From: the human T2T-CHM13v2.0 reference genome, Homo sapiens
Direction: 5' to 3' (one strand)
Assembly: GCF_009914755.1 (NCBI RefSeq)
Contig: NC_060935.1
DNA: 64,000 nt
Under the pieces are notes generated by a model. That model saw only the letters and a program-made list of their open reading frames with translations, was not told the origin of the DNA and ran no database searches. The translations under genes and the position numbers were made by a program. This document shows, piece by piece, positions 51,835-64,000 of the stretch. The number at the start of each line of letters is the position of its first letter. The first letter of the stretch is position 1.

Positions 51835-54628
51835 CCTGAGTTGGCATTTCCCCATCACCAGGTGTGTCCTGAGTCGGCATCTCCCCGTCACCAGGCGTGT
51901 CCTGAGTCGGCATCTCCCCGTCACCAGGTGTGTCCTGAGTCGGCATCTCCCCGTCACCAGGCGTGTCCTGAGTCGGCATCTCCCCGTCACCAGGTGTGTC
52001 CTGAGTCGGCATCTCCCCGTCACCAGGTGTGTCCTGAGTCGGCATTTCCCCATCACCAGATGTGTCCTGAGTCGGCATCTCCCCGTCACCAGGTGTGTCC
52101 TGAGTGTGTCCTGAGTCGGCATTTCCCCGTCACCAGGTGTGTTCTGAGTTGGCATCTCCCCATCACCAGGTGTGTCCTGAGTCGGCATCTCCCCGTCACC
52201 AGGTGTGTCCTGAGTCGGCATCTCCCCGTCACCAGGTGTGTCCTGAGTCGGCATTTCCCCGTCACCAGGTGTGTCCTGAGTGTGTCCTGAGTCGGCATCT
52301 CCCCGTCACCAGATGTGTTCTGAGTCGGCATCTCCCCGTCACCAGGTGTGTCCTGAGTCGGCATCTCCCCGTCACCAGGTGTGTCCTGAGTCGGCATTTC
52401 CCCATCACCAGATGTGTCCTGAGTCGGCATCTCCCCGTCACCAGGTGTGTCCTGAGTGTGTCCTGAGTCGGCATTTCCCCGTCACCAGGTGTGTTCTGAG
52501 TTGGCATCTCCCCATCACCAGGTGTGTCCTGAGTCGGCATCTCCCCGTCACCAGGTGTGTCCTGAGTCGGCATCTCCCCGTCACCAGGTGTGTCCTGAGT
52601 CGGCATTTCCCCGTCACCAGGTGTGTCCTGAGTGTGTCCTGAGTCGGCATCTCCCCCTCACCAGGTGTGTTCTGAGTTGGCATCTCCCCATCACCAGGTG
52701 TGTCCTGAGTCGGCATCTCCCCGTCACCAGGTGTGTCCTGAGTCGGCATCTCCCCGTCACCAGGTGTGTCCTGAGTGTGTCCTGAGTCGGCATTTCCCCG
52801 TCACCAGGCGTGTCCTGAGTCGGCATCTCCCCGTCACCAGATGTGTTCTGAGTCGGCGTCTCCCCGTCACCAGGTGTGTCCTGAGTCGGCATTTCCCCGT
52901 CACCAGGTGTGTCCTGAGTGTGTCCTGAGTCGGCATCTCCCCCTCACCAGATGTGTTCTGAGTCGGCATCTCCCCATCACCAGGTGTGTCCTGAGTCGGC
53001 ATCTCCCCGTCACCAGGTGTGTCCTGAGTCGGCATCTCCCCGTCACCAGGTGTGTCCTGAGTGTGTCCTGAGTCGGCATTTCCCCGTCACCAGGCATGTC
53101 CTGAGTCGGCATCTCCCCGTCACCAGATGTGTTCTGAGTCGGCATCTCCCCATCACCAGGTGTGTCCTGAGTCGGCATTTCCCCGTCACCAGGTGTGTCC
53201 TGAGTGTGTCCTGAGTCGGCATCTCCCCCTCACCAGATGTGTTCTGAGTCGGCATCTCCCCATCACCAGGTGTGTCCTGAGTCGGCATCTCCCCGTCACC
53301 AGGTGTGTCCTGAGTCGGCATCTCCCCGTCACCAGGTGTGTCCTGAGTGTGTCCTGAGTCGGCATTTCCCCATCACCAGGCGTGTCCTGAGTTGGCATCT
53401 CCCCGTCACCAGGTGTGTCCTGAGTGTGTCCTGAGTCGGCATCTCCCCCTCACCAGATGTGTTCTGAGTCGGCATCTCCCCATCACCAGGTGTGTCCTGA
53501 GTCGGCATCTCCCCGTCACCAGGCATGTCCTGAGTCGGCATCTCCCCGTCACCAGATGTGTTCTGAGTCGGCATCTCCCCATCACCAGGTGTGTCCTGAG
53601 TCGGCATCTCCCCGTCACCAGGTGTGTCCTGAGTCGGCATCTCCCCGTCACCAGGCATGTCCTGAGTCGGCATCTCCCCGTCACCAGATGTGTTCTGAGT
53701 CGGCATCTCCCCATCACCAGGTGTGTCCTGAGTCGGCATTTCCCCGTCACCAGGTGTGTCCTGAGTGTGTCCTGAGTCGGCATCTCCCCCTCACCAGGTG
53801 TGTTCTGAGTTGGCATCTCCCCATCACCAAGTGTGTCCTGAGTCGGCATCTCCCCGTCACCAGGTGTGTCCTGAGTGTGTCCTGAGTCGGCATCTCCCCC
53901 TCACCAGGTGTGTTCTGAGTTGGCATCTCCCCATCACCAGGTGTGTCCTGAGTCGGCATTTCCCCATCACCAGGTGTGTCCTGAGTGTGTCCTGAGTCGG
54001 CATTTCCCCGTCACCAGGTGTGTCCGGAGTCGGCATTTCTCCGTCACCAGGTGTGTCCTGAGTGTGTCCTGAGTTGGCATCTCCCCCTCACCAGGCGTGT
54101 CCTGAGTTGGCATCTCCCCATCACCAGGTGTGTCCTGAGTGTGTCCTGAGCCGGCATCTCCCCGTCACCAGGTGTGTCCTGAGTGTGTCCTGAGTTGGCA
54201 TCTCCCCCTCACCAGGCGTGTCCTGAGTTGGCATCTCCCCCTCACCAGGTGTGTTCTGAGTTGGCATCTCCCCATCACCAGGTGTGTCCTGAGTCGGCAT
54301 CTCCCCGTCACCAGGTGTGTCCTGAGTGTGTCCTGAGTCGGCATCTCCCCCTCACCAGGTGTGTTCTGAGTTGGCATCTCCCCATCACCAGGTGTGTCCT
54401 GAGTCGGCATTTCCCCATCACCAGGTGTGTCCTGAGTGTGTCCTGAGTCGGCATTTCCCCGTCACCAGGTGTGTCCGGAGTCGGCATTTCTCCGTCACCA
54501 GGTGTGTCCTGAGTGTGTCCTGAGTTGGCATCTCCCCCTCACCAGGCGTGTCCTGAGTTGGCATTTCCCCATCACCAGGTGTGTCCTGAGTGTGTCCTGA
54601 GCCGGCATCTCCCCATCACCAGGTGTGT
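51835..54628. repeat. 33-bp minisatellite (VNTR): 78 units plus 20 interspersed 11-bp truncated units
   Basis: Unit cctgagtcggcatctccccgtcaccaggtgtgt, spacer cctgagtgtgt; 78x33 + 20x11 = 2794 bp, matching the span exactly. Confidence 0.98.
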
Positions 54629-55117
54629 TTTCAAGCTCTGCTCGGCTTGCTTTTCTCATCAGCTGCTCCTGGGCCCGCCTGCTCACACTGCAAGATGCAG
54701 CTCTCCCAGAAACCCAAAGGGACTTAAGGATGATGAGGAGGAGCTCCAGAAGAAACTTAATTCACAGCTATAAGACTGGGAAAAAAAAGAACTGAGCAGA
54801 AAGGGCACTTGAATTAAGCATTTCATGAAAATGAGAATACTGCATGTGGATTATTCAGCTGCAGTGTCCTCATGGCCCATCTCAAAGCCCTGGAAGCTCA
54901 TCTCATCTTAGCCAAGCCCTGACCCAGGGCCTGTGGCTCTCAGTGTCCCTGAGTCCAATACTGCAGAGGCACCTCCAGGACACTGCTGGGCACCAGAGGA
55001 TCTCGAGCCCACAGGTGGCCCCTGCTGTGCTTCTCACATGGCCCTGGGCACATCTGCCAGGCCCCCAGCATGGCCCCTCTGTCCCAAGCCCACAGTGACC
55101 CTAACATTACCAGTCCC

Positions 55118-55288
55118 ATGGTGGCTGAGATGGCAAGAGTGTAGGGTTTTCACAGAAAGTACAGGATGGCAGGTTTTTTAGTGTGTGTCTCATGCAATGA
55201 TTGAAATACATGTATACAAAAACTAATTATCTAAAATTGAAATTAAATTGGGTGCCCTCTGTTTGTGTTTGATAAATCTGGCCACGCT
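55118..55288. mobile_element. MER53-like hAT MITE, decayed
   Basis: tatctaaaattgaaattaaattgggtgccc...aaatctggccac resembles the MER53 arm. Confidence 0.55.
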
Positions 55289-57480
55289 GCAGGTGCAGGG
55301 ACTTGCTCCTGAGCACTCACTGCTGCTCATCTGCCTCTGCCAGAAGTCTGTCCCCATGAGACAGCCCTGAACTTCTCCCCCAACCCCATGCTCACCTCAG
55401 CCTTGGATGGCAGCAAGTAGAGTACAAGTGGCTTGCTTTGCATGGGAGCAACTTCCGCTACTGGCATCTGAAAAGGCTCTGCTGCTGGTGGACCAGGGAG
55501 AAGGGAAGCTGCCCTCAATCTATTAAGCGGGACTAAACCAGACTGGCAGAGTTACCTGTTACCATGGACACAGAACAATCAGTGTTTTTCCCAAAAAGAC
55601 AGGATTCAAAAAATATTATCAGTGGAGTACACTGCTTTTGTTACATGGGGTGTTTGAATGAATTGTGAAGACACCGCAATAGCATTTTGCAGGTGAGTAA
55701 GCAGAAGCCTGGGTCGCCTGGCTGCAGCACTAAGCACTCTGCCAGTCCACACTGCTCCCTGAGTCTCCCTGCAGGGCCTGGTCAGGTGGGAGGCGACCAT
55801 CGCAGCCAGCAGAACTCTACCACAAAGCTCTATGAATGCTTCTAGATCCTAGGTCGTCTGACTCTTGTCTCCTGAGATCCCTCTGGAAAGTCACCTGTGT
55901 TCTTCCCTCTCTGCCGCCACTGCCAGTGGCTTCTGACTTTGGCTACCGAAATGCAATGCCTGTGGCTTAGAATCTCCCTCCATGCTTCAGTGAATGTGCA
56001 TCTTCTCTGAGTTTGTTATTGTTTCCTGTTCAATACGCTCAGCAATGAGAAAAAAATCAGAGCATTCAAAGAAAGGAAAGCTGCAAAGGCTCACAGCAAG
56101 CGCTGTGTCTGGTGTTCACAGACCTGGGATGGAGAGTCCCCTCCCTGATCTTTCCTCCCCCTGGATGTTGTTTTTATTTTTCTGGAGAGCTGCCATCACC
56201 CCCTCCCGCAGCCCTTGTGTACAGAATTCTCTCTTAATTCCCACACCTAGGCCAAGAGGACCCTCCCACTCCCTGGAGCTCAGTCCCTGCCTGACCCTGT
56301 GACCTGTGAGAAGTGGACATCCAGGTGGGCAGTGGTCCCCAGGTAGGTGCAGGGACCACAGCGGGGTCAGGAGAAGAGGACAGGGAGTGTCCGGCTCCTT
56401 AGGAAGGGGCAGATGGGCCTGTGGCAAGCAGGGGCTGCTGGCTGCAGGAAGTGACATATGCAGGTTGCCATACAGGGTCCGGACTCTCAGCGACGCACAG
56501 AGAATCCCAGGGAATGAACCTGAGAAGGATTCTGTCTGTAAAAGAAGAGACCTGGCACCTTCCCATTGGCAGCAGCTGACTTTAAATCTTGGTCTCCCTG
56601 CCATTTAATTAGCATGTCTTTTTGAGTACCAGACAAGTGTCTAACAACCTAGGGGAAGAGAGATGTGGGTATAAAGTTAACATTAGAAGGTTGAAAAGCC
56701 TTAGACATGAACTGGGATTCCCAGGACTCTTGTTCAAAATTAACCACCAACACTCACTGAAGGGGGTTGGGGCTGCAACCTTCAGAGGTGAACTCACTTT
56801 TTGGCATTTCCACAGGCAAACACGTAAATGAAGAAAAGCCCTGAGCTTTGTAAAGGTCCCTTCCACTCTGTTTCACTAGAAGCATTCCTAGGATGATGGA
56901 GCTCACCATTGGGCTGGAGTGCTGAAGCCCACGCTTGAAAGAGCTGATTACTCTGCGGGGAGCCCCCGTCCTCAGGGCTACTGTTTTGGCTACAGGGCAC
57001 TGTGCCAGCCTCACCACCTCTGAAGCTCTGGGGCCTGGTGAGATTTGGGAAAGCCTCAAGCATCTCCTCCCCAATTCCACTTGATCTCATCCTTTGAATG
57101 AGATCAGAATGGCTTTACAGCCCCATCAGTGATCAGAAAAGTGGAGTCACGGATTAACTATTATCAAGAAGTAAGAAGCAGTGGCAGATGATCAATACTG
57201 TTCCTGCTCTCCCAGCGCAGACCGACTTTACTGGGCTTTTTTTCTTTTTCTTAAAGAAGCTGCAGATCCATCTGGACAAGATGAAAAATTGATGCTTTCC
57301 CTGTACTCTAAATGGAGGCAGCTTTGTTCTCTCCCTTGGGCTAACTCTGAGTACCTGCTGTTCACAGAAGCCTCCAAAAACACAAGCTAATGAGGCCCTA
57401 CGCACTTTGCTTCACTGATGGGGCACCTGCTTTACCTCTTCATTTACAGGTTGATGGAGATGGGAAGATAGCATACTTAC

Positions 57481-57540
57481 CCTTTTTGTCCACGCAGGAA
57501 CGTGGGAGCTCTGTTCTATTCTGTAGGTACCTATTCAAGT
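57481..57540 (-). other. Possible 60-nt exon of an unidentified transcript
   Basis: Minus strand ccttttcatgtatag|ACTTG...AAAAAGG|gtaagt; one frame is open (LNRYLQNRTELPRSCVDKK); no partner exons identified. Confidence 0.2.
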
Positions 57541-57759
57541 CTATACATGAAAAGGTGACAATGTGACAAGCCTGGTGGCTTTGACCAACACTGGCCCTCA
57601 CCTTAGCTTCACTTTGACCCTCCAGGCCAGCCTCCAGCTATTTCAGCTCCCCAAGTGCCAGATCTCAGAGACAGCTTGGTTGCTACAGAGAGACACTGAC
57701 ATCTGGTCTCTGCCTCCTGGTTCAGAAGGAGGGAGGGGAAAAGGATGGCAGGTAAAGTA

Positions 57760-57975
57760 CAGCACAGAGATTGACATACTGGGTTTAAGGCTCAGTCAAA
57801 CCCTGGTTAGAGTTTACCAGCTGTGAGACACAGGGTAAATCACTCAACCTCTCTGAGTCTCCATTCCTTCCTCTATAAAGAACAGTGAATTGTTTCCACT
57901 TAGAGAGTTGATTAGTGAGATACTCTATGCAAAGCCTGGGTTGCAGTGTCTGGCATAGTGAGTGTTCACAGCATT
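57760..57975 (+). mobile_element. MIR
   Basis: actgggtttaagg...ccagctgtgagacacagggtaaatcactcaacctctctgagtctc...cagtgtctggcatagtgagtgttca. Confidence 0.75.
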
Positions 57976-58758
57976 GCTGTCATTGCTGTGCTGCTGTCAT
58001 TCTCTTAATGTAGAGCCAGGATGCACCTGTAATACAAGCACGGACCGGGGCAGGGCCATGGCACAGAGGAGGTGAGGGACGTCTGAACGGGGGGAGGTGA
58101 TCATGGAGCACAGCAGCTCCTAGAGCTGCGGGGGTGGGGACGGCGGCAATCTGTATGTCTGCCCCACGAAGAGAGAACAGAACTCATCTCTGAGTGCCAT
58201 GTCCGGTGTCACTGCCTGGGGAGGTGATGATAAGCAGGCTTTGAGTTTGAACCTGGTAAGGTTACTGAGACACACAATGTTTTTGGCCACCATCTTTTTT
58301 TTCCTAACCCCTTCTCTTCTCGTGGTAAAACCTTTAGCCTTAGTCTCCTCCAAAAAATATAAAACCCATGAGCGTCTCATGGGTTTCTAAACCTTTCAGA
58401 GGTATCAGCCTGGAGGGCAGGCAAAAGTGCAGTCCTTTTAATAATGTGCTGTGTGGCCTGACATGGAGCTGAGCCTTCAGAACTGTGGGAAAGGAGGCTG
58501 CATCCCACCCACACGGAGCTCCATCCCACAAGTGCTTCCCCAGGGCCTGGAGGCTCCCCAGGAGAAAGGCCACTCAACCTAAGAAGACAGCCTCATGTGG
58601 AAGATTTTTCAAGAGCTTCATTAGAAAGTCTTGTGATTACTAAGCCAGAAAGCTCCCCCGCTTCAACACACACACACCCACATACACCTTTAATCATGCT
58701 GCAATGAAAAGTCAGAGGAGAAGATTTCAGAGGTTTAGCTCTGAGATGCCTTTAACCA

Positions 58759-59260
58759 TCTCAGGCGAAAGGGTTTGGGGTCAGGTATGTTTACCCTCCA
58801 CCCCCACCGTCTCAGGCGAAAGGGTCTGGGGTCAGGTATGTTTACCCTCCACCCCCACCGTCTCAGGCGAAAGGGTCTGGGGTCAGGTATGTTTACCCTC
58901 CACCCCCACCGTCTCAGGCGAAAGGGTCTGGGGTCAGGTATGTTTACCCTCCACCCCCACCGTCTCAGGCGAAAGGGTCTGGGGTCAGGTATGTTTACCC
59001 TCCACCCCCACCGTCTCAGGCGAAAGGGTCTGGGGTCAGGTATGTTTACCCTCCACCCCCACCGTCTCAGGCGAAAGGGTCTGGGGTCAGGTATGTTTAC
59101 CCTCCACCCCCACCGTCTCAGGCGAAAGGGTCTGGGGTCAGGTATGTTTACCCTCCACCCCCACCGTCTCAGGCGAAAGGGTCTGGGGTCAGGTATGTTT
59201 ACCCTCCACCCCCACCGTCTCAGGCGAAAGGGTTTGGGGTCAGGTATGTTTACCCTCCAC
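58759..59260. repeat. 51-bp VNTR, 9.8 copies, near-perfect
   Basis: Unit tctcaggcgaaagggtctggggtcaggtatgtttaccctccacccccaccg; units 2-9 identical, units 1 and 10 carry ggtttgg. Confidence 0.98.
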
Positions 59261-59991
59261 TGACTTTTCAACTTCCGGCTCCTTCATTGCTCCAAAATCC
59301 TAACTACAGCAGGGAAAAAACACACAGAGAGGCCGCAGCACAGAATGAAGTGACATGAAAGATTAAACTACACGCCTGACCACACATGAACCATGGTAGC
59401 ATGGCACAGACACAGTGAGAGACACGAACATGGGGTCAAGCCCATGCACACGGTGACCACGGGAACTCCCAGCTTGGTGGCTCCCATTATCCCAAGGGCC
59501 TGCACCGAAGCGGGTGAAACCCACAAGGGCCCTGCACCTATGTCCACTGAGGCATAACCTGTGAACCAAGTCCCACATGGGGGGGGTGGGGCCCCCAGAG
59601 TACACTCAGAGCCACCTGGGAGCATCAGGGAATACACCCACTTGGGTGACCAGAGCTTGGTTGAAGACCCAGCTGTGCTGTAACCAGCAGTGAGGCTGGA
59701 TTTTCACCCCAATCTTCAGGCTGCAAAGCCGACATGCATTCCACAGTGGCAACCCACCTCCTGCTTTGGCCTGGAGCTACTCTGCATCTGGAAGCTGATG
59801 GACAGTGAGAGTTAGCCTCATCGGTGATAGGAAAAAATGAGCCCAGAGTCCCCCTGGGGGTGCCTGTGGGGCTGAGAGAGGCTCTGGAGGGAGGTGGATG
59901 AAGTCCAGATCTGGAATTCTGCACTCCAGCCTCCTGAGCTACCAGGACTCTGGACTGCTGACCCTGCCCTCAGCAGGAGTTGAAGCAGTAG

Positions 59992-60414
<423 letters not shown>

Positions 60415-60433
60415 TGATTGTTTAACTTACATC

Positions 60434-60996
60434 TGCCGGGCGAAGAGTCAGAGCCCTGGCATTGGGAAGTGGTCAACTCGTGGGTTGGTAAAAATAATTT
60501 ACCAACAATAGTATAGGTTTGAAAAAGGAAAGTTTATTAGAAAGGAATCACACTGCAAAAGGGTGCAGTGGGGTGCCTCATTGAGAGAGGACTGAGCGTG
60601 CCGCAGTGAATTTTCCTTAGGAGCATTTATGGAGCTTAAGAGGGGAGCTTGAGGGTAATTTGGGACACATTAGCCACATAGGTTATAATAATGATTACAT
60701 TTGTAGACATTTTGGTGCCTTAATGTAAGCAAGCATTGCAAAATGAGTTTCCACATGGCATTTCAGAGATGTATGGACATTTTAGTTACTTATAAAAGTT
60801 GAACGAGGCCTGGAACCAGATGCCAACTTTAGATACTAGAGAAGTTTAATTATTATTCCCAGGGAAGGAGTTTTGCCTCCGGATGGCCTGTTTGATGGTC
60901 ACCAGGGGGTCTTTGCTCCCTTCCAAATTCCGCAAATTAGGAGTTTTTTACTCCATTCTCTGTTCAGTGGTCACCAGGTGACTTTTACTCTCCTCA
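60434..60996 (-). mobile_element. ERV1 solo LTR (LTR38-like)
   Basis: TG...CA termini; minus strand starts TGAGGAGAGTAAAAGTCACCTGGTGACC with a duplicated 5' motif; AATAAA on the minus strand near 60535. Confidence 0.65.
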
Positions 60997-61049
60997 GCAA
61001 CTGCCACCCTTTCTAGATTGTAAATCTTCCCGAAAGCAGGGATCATATC

Positions 61050-61418
61050 TGTAGTAGTCCATTCTCACACCACTATAAAAAACTGCCCAAGACTGGGTAA
61101 TTTATTAAGGAAAGAGGTTTAATTGACTCACAGTTCCCCATGACTGGGGAAGCCTCAGAAAACTTACAACTATGGTGGAAGGGGAAGCAAATATGTCCTT
61201 GTTCTCATCGTGGCAGGAGAGAGAAGTGCCAGCAGGGGAAATGCCAGACATTTATAAAACCATTAGATCTCATGAGGACTCACCCACTATCATGAGAACA
61301 GCATGGGGGAAACCACACCCATGATCCAATTATCTCCACCTGGTCCCACCCTTGACATGTTGGGATTATTACATTTCAAGGTGAGATTTGAGGGGGGACA
61401 CAGAGCCAAACCATATCA
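61050..61418 (-). mobile_element. THE1C/D-like MaLR solo LTR
   Basis: tgtagtagtccattctcac...gccaaaccatatca; perfect TSD ATATC (61045-61049, 61419-61423). Confidence 0.92.
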
Positions 61419-62633
61419 ATATCTGAGCCACCTCTGTATCATTCACACGCATTGCCCCATCGACCCTTAGGACACCCCTTTGAGGCTGGGTTAGCATCTG
61501 TCCCCAGGGATAATAGGAGGCCTCAGAAAGCACACATGGCAGCACCGGACAGACCTGGAGCTGGTTCCAGCTCCTCCACTCCTTAGCTGTGTCTCTTTGT
61601 GCAGATTAGTGAAACTCTAAACTCCTCTTTTCTCTTGGGGGTCAGGCGCTGATGTGGAAAGGAGACACAGCAAAGGCTCAGAGTAACTACATGAGCGACT
61701 GTTGTCATGTCCTCACTGATATCACAGGAGGAAACAGGCTTAGTGGAAGGCTTGTCCTGTCTTGCTGCCCAGCAAGGCAGTGGGGGGACCCGGTGCTCAG
61801 GGACTCAAATTCATTCCTCTAAGAAAAGTGTGAAGAGGGTAAACAAATTCAAAGACACTCTATGTAGTCTGTTCTTCATGATCAGATGAGAAAACACCAT
61901 GAACGGCGTGTTTCTAAGCTTAGCGAAGAGCAACGTGGAATGAACCCCAGGGGTGAAGGAGAAGTCCTAGGAGGCCCCAGGCAGCCTTCACAAGAGCAAC
62001 TGGAGGCTTGATGTCCAGCAGATTCCTTTGTCCATGGTGACCTCTCCCTCCTGTCTCCTGACCACTGCCTCAGCCCTGCCTGTTCAAACACCTAGAGGAA
62101 GTGGCTATTTTTCCTGCGTGAAGTCTCCTGGGGAAAAGTCTTTGAATCCTAGTGCCTGGGGGAATGAGAGCATCTAAAGTGACAGCATCAAGGCCCAGAA
62201 GGCCAACTCAGGGATGACGTCTGGGAGGAAATCAGTTAAACCTCACCCCTCTGCTGCTCTGAACCTCCTGCAACCTGGACATTGGGGTGGCACCCAGAGC
62301 ACTGGCTTAGCTGTGAAGACAGGAGTGTGCACTCCAGCGCTGCCTTTTCCTAATAACTGGGTGATCTTGCAGAGTTACTTTGAATCTCTAAGCCTTGATA
62401 CCCTCCTCTGTAAAAAAATACAGTTTGAGGGATTAAAGCTGAATACTTTTTTAAAGTACCTGCCACAGTGAAGTGATCAACAGAATGAACTTCCTTCCCC
62501 TTTTCCTTTTCCCCTCAGAACTCCCCCCTCATAATTATGGATTCTCCACATCTTCAGGGCAGAGATCTGAAACAGTGGAGGTTGAGGTGGTAGGGGAGTT
62601 CAGTCTAGGTTTTCTGTAGCTATAAAAGATGGG

Positions 62634-62989
62634 TACCATGGTCCTGTTTCCCCCAAACTGATGTTGAAACCTAATGCCCTCCAAAGTGATGAGTTTAAGA
62701 GTTGTGGCTTTTTGGAATTGACTAGGTCATGGAGGTGGAAATTTCATGGATGGGATGAGTGACCTCTTCAGAGAGGCCCAAGAGAGACCCTTCATCCTTT
62801 CTAGTATGTGAGGACACAGTAAGAAGGCACCATCGATGAACTAGGGAGTGAATCCTCCCCAGACACCGAATTTGCTGGTGACTTGGTCATAGATTTGCCG
62901 CCTCCATAACAGTGAGCAATAAATTTCTGTTGTTTATAAACCTCCCAGCTTATGGTATTTTGTTATAGCATCCAGAGCAGACGAAGACA
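62634..62989 (+). mobile_element. MLT1A-like MaLR solo LTR
   Basis: atgttgaaacctaat...caataaatttctgttgtttataa...tatggtattttgttatagca...aagACA; near TSD atggg/gtggg. Confidence 0.85.
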
Positions 62990-64000
62990 GTGGGTGACTC
63001 TTGCCACAGGAGTGTAAAGGTCTCGTCAGTGTAGTGGAGGAGAGGGGTCTCTCTCAGCCCATGGCCTGCTCTGATTACTGAAGCAAGGACCCTTATGCCC
63101 TCAACACCATTTACAAGATGGCTCCAAGGCTGCACCTGCCAGGACACATGGCCCCTGCTGGGTACGTAGAGAAAGCTGACATGTGCAAACATCACTCACT
63201 TCTCTTCCACTCTTGCTCTCTGTTCTCTCATTGTATTGATCAATTCATGTTCTAGATCCTACCAGTGCCAAAATCACCTTTTCTGTTCCCCTTGCTCCAC
63301 TTTAACTTGTTTGAAAAGAGATAGCTCCTCCCCACCATTGGACAATAATTGCTTTACCTGGGATTGAGTAGAAAGGCAGTGTGAGCTTGCCTTGGAAGTC
63401 AAAGCCACTTAGAAACCTGAGCCTGGAGGTGCATCACACACAGGTCCAGAGTTTTCTCTTCTGGGCTATTATGGAGAAATGGCCATCCTGGAGGAAGAAG
63501 AAGCTGTCTCCCAGGGACTTCCAGGCCTTGGCGGCCCAGGGAGTCTCACTCAGCAGGCCCAGGCTCAGCTAAGACATCCCATTCTCAAAGCCCTGGGGAC
63601 AGAGGCAGCTCCCTCTCCCCAGAATTGTCTCCCCGGTCTCTGAATCCTGGCAGGAAGGGGGAAGAGCCTCAGCATTTTGTAAGAAGAGAAGGGCAGGCTT
63701 ATGGTTCAGCCACTGGGTTATAGACACTGTCCTGGGCTTCCGCCCCTGAGGATACCTGAACTTACAGCTGAGCATCCTCTCCTGGAGTTCTGAGTAGCTT
63801 CTTGCTTTCTGGAACTCCTTCCTGGCTGTGCCACCCACTCAGTTCCCATTTCAAGGAGTCCCTTGTGGTTGACATTTGAATACTACCTTGCAGGAGTCAG
63901 CATTATTTCACACCTTCAGCACGGATCATCTCTTTCCTGCTTGAAATGCCTTCCTCTCCAGGATTCCAGGATCCCACACACTCCACCTCTAGTTCTCTCA

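Noticed and set aside
51835-54628. CRISPR-like array (33-bp repeats with interruptions)
   Set aside because: The units are head-to-tail and the interruptions are identical truncated units, not unique spacers. There are no cas genes and the context is primate DNA.
51484-54773. Many overlapping repetitive ORFs (MPTQDTPGDGE..., CPESASPRHQV...)
   Set aside because: These are by-products of a 33-bp unit. The 11-bp spacers frameshift them repeatedly, which argues against coding selection.
60968-60982. gtcaccaggtg shared between the LTR38-like element and the 33-bp VNTR unit (possible VNTR origin)
   Set aside because: The match is only 11 bp with no flanking similarity, which is compatible with chance.

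Overview
This is primate, most likely human, nuclear DNA, judged from AluY/S/J, L1PA, THE1, MER4/MER41 LTRs, MIR and L2 elements. It is not prokaryotic, and I cannot place it on a chromosome. I recognise no intact protein-coding gene, RNA gene or CRISPR array. The long ORFs in the track come from decayed L1 ORF2, from simple repeats, or from tandem repeats whose unit is a multiple of 3. Bases 1-10 kb are a dense nest of LTR/ERV insertions, many with intact target-site duplications (TSDs). Bases 14-36 kb hold nested L1, Tigger and Alu elements, an L1PA with a 5' inversion and an Alu at its junction, and a decayed ERVL provirus remnant with a readable integrase motif. Bases 37-40 kb and 48.5-60 kb are comparatively repeat-poor. 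The most notable structures are: (1) a 2.8-kb minisatellite of 78 x 33 bp plus 20 x 11-bp spacers with higher-order periodicity (51835-54628); (2) a near-perfect 51-bp VNTR carrying FOX, DR1-like, KLF and splice-donor motifs in each unit (58759-59260); (3) a 64-bp near-perfect palindrome at an LTR truncation point (31316-31379). I find no convincing evidence for a novel multi-gene system. Repeat subfamily names are recalled from consensus sequences and need RepeatMasker/Dfam confirmation.
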